Shown here piece after piece: positions 63,789-64,000 of a stretch of 64,000 bases of DNA. The position numbers and the translations under genes were made by a program. The DNA comes from a virus (Duplodnaviria; Caudoviricetes), in the IMG/VR virus record IMGVR_UViG_3300037478_000283, positions 4,567-68,566 of that record, one strand, 5' to 3'. Numbering within the stretch: position 1 is the first letter of the stretch; each line of letters opens with the position of its first letter. The notes under the pieces are model-generated. The model saw nothing but the letters and a program-made list of their open reading frames with translations, made no database searches and had not been told where the DNA came from.

Positions 63789-64000
63789 CGGAAACGACCA
63801 TTGGAACACCCCGCGCGAACTGTTCGAGCCCGCGTTGCGGTTGTGCGGCTCTGCTTTCGACTGCGATCCATTCAACAATGAGCATTCGATCGTCCCCGCC
63901 GCGGTTCGGTTTGATGGCAGCAAGAGTCGTGACGGATTTACGCGCGGATGGGACGGGCGCGCCTGGGTCAATGGCCCATGGTCACAGCAGAAGAGCGTGG
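63781..64000 (+). CDS. phage Dam-family N6-adenine methyltransferase (3'-truncated)
   Basis: DHWNTPRELF...FDCDPF...DGF...W.G.AWVNGPWS. Confidence 0.75.
   Translation, partial: MASGNDHWNTPRELFEPALRLCGSAFDCDPFNNEHSIVPAAVRFDGSKSRDGFTRGWDGRAWVNGPWSQQKSV

Noticed and set aside
1-64000. Apparent excess of GATC/CGATCG/TCGA (HIP1-like)
   Set aside because: Not counted; could arise from ATC-GAC/GAT codon pairs in GC-rich genes. Needs a codon-aware k-mer test.
1-64000. Prophage boundaries, integrase, attachment site or Mu-type transposase
   Set aside because: None seen; both window ends lie inside + strand phage genes, so lifestyle cannot be determined.

Overview
The whole window is tailed-phage DNA with visibly high GC: a contractile-tailed (myovirus-type) phage with no host housekeeping genes, integrase, transposase, CRISPR array or reverse transcriptase visible. 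Layout: (1) 1-12.1 kb, + strand early/accessory genes (AAA ATPase, ASCH-like, MazG-like, a 1199-aa mosaic protein, double HNH-AP2, M15 endolysin, SF2 helicase, stand-alone primase Zn finger, stand-alone DnaA domain IV); (2) 12-23 kb, a rearranged packaging module (Mu gp28-like TerL on -, TerS on +, accessory fibre module, minor head protein and DUF1073-type portal on -); (3) 23-45 kb, + strand head, neck, lysis, tail and baseplate operon (DUF2213, DUF2184, DUF4054, DUF3383, DUF3277, tape measure, baseplate, fibre); (4) 45-50.6 kb, accessory/regulatory block (5xHTH protein, ParB-like plus ABC-ATPase-GNAT fusion, ASCH, truncated beta-clamp-like protein, RHH repressor with leaderless promoters); (5) 50.6-64 kb, + strand early genes (repeat-flanked mini-cassettes, RecE-like nuclease, putative annealing protein, HNHs, SLT, 5'-nucleotidase, partial Dam-like MTase). 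The most notable items are a non-canonical tRNA-Trp followed by a ~370-nt closed, multi-branched candidate ncRNA and tandem DnaA boxes (59968-60483); a set of isolated host-replisome domains (DnaA-IV, DnaG zinc finger, clamp pocket); a ParB/ABC-GNAT/ASCH candidate DNA-acylation cassette; and one ~80-aa module inserted five times into four different virion proteins. All family assignments come from motif recognition by eye, not from database searches. A Myxococcota host is only weakly suggested.
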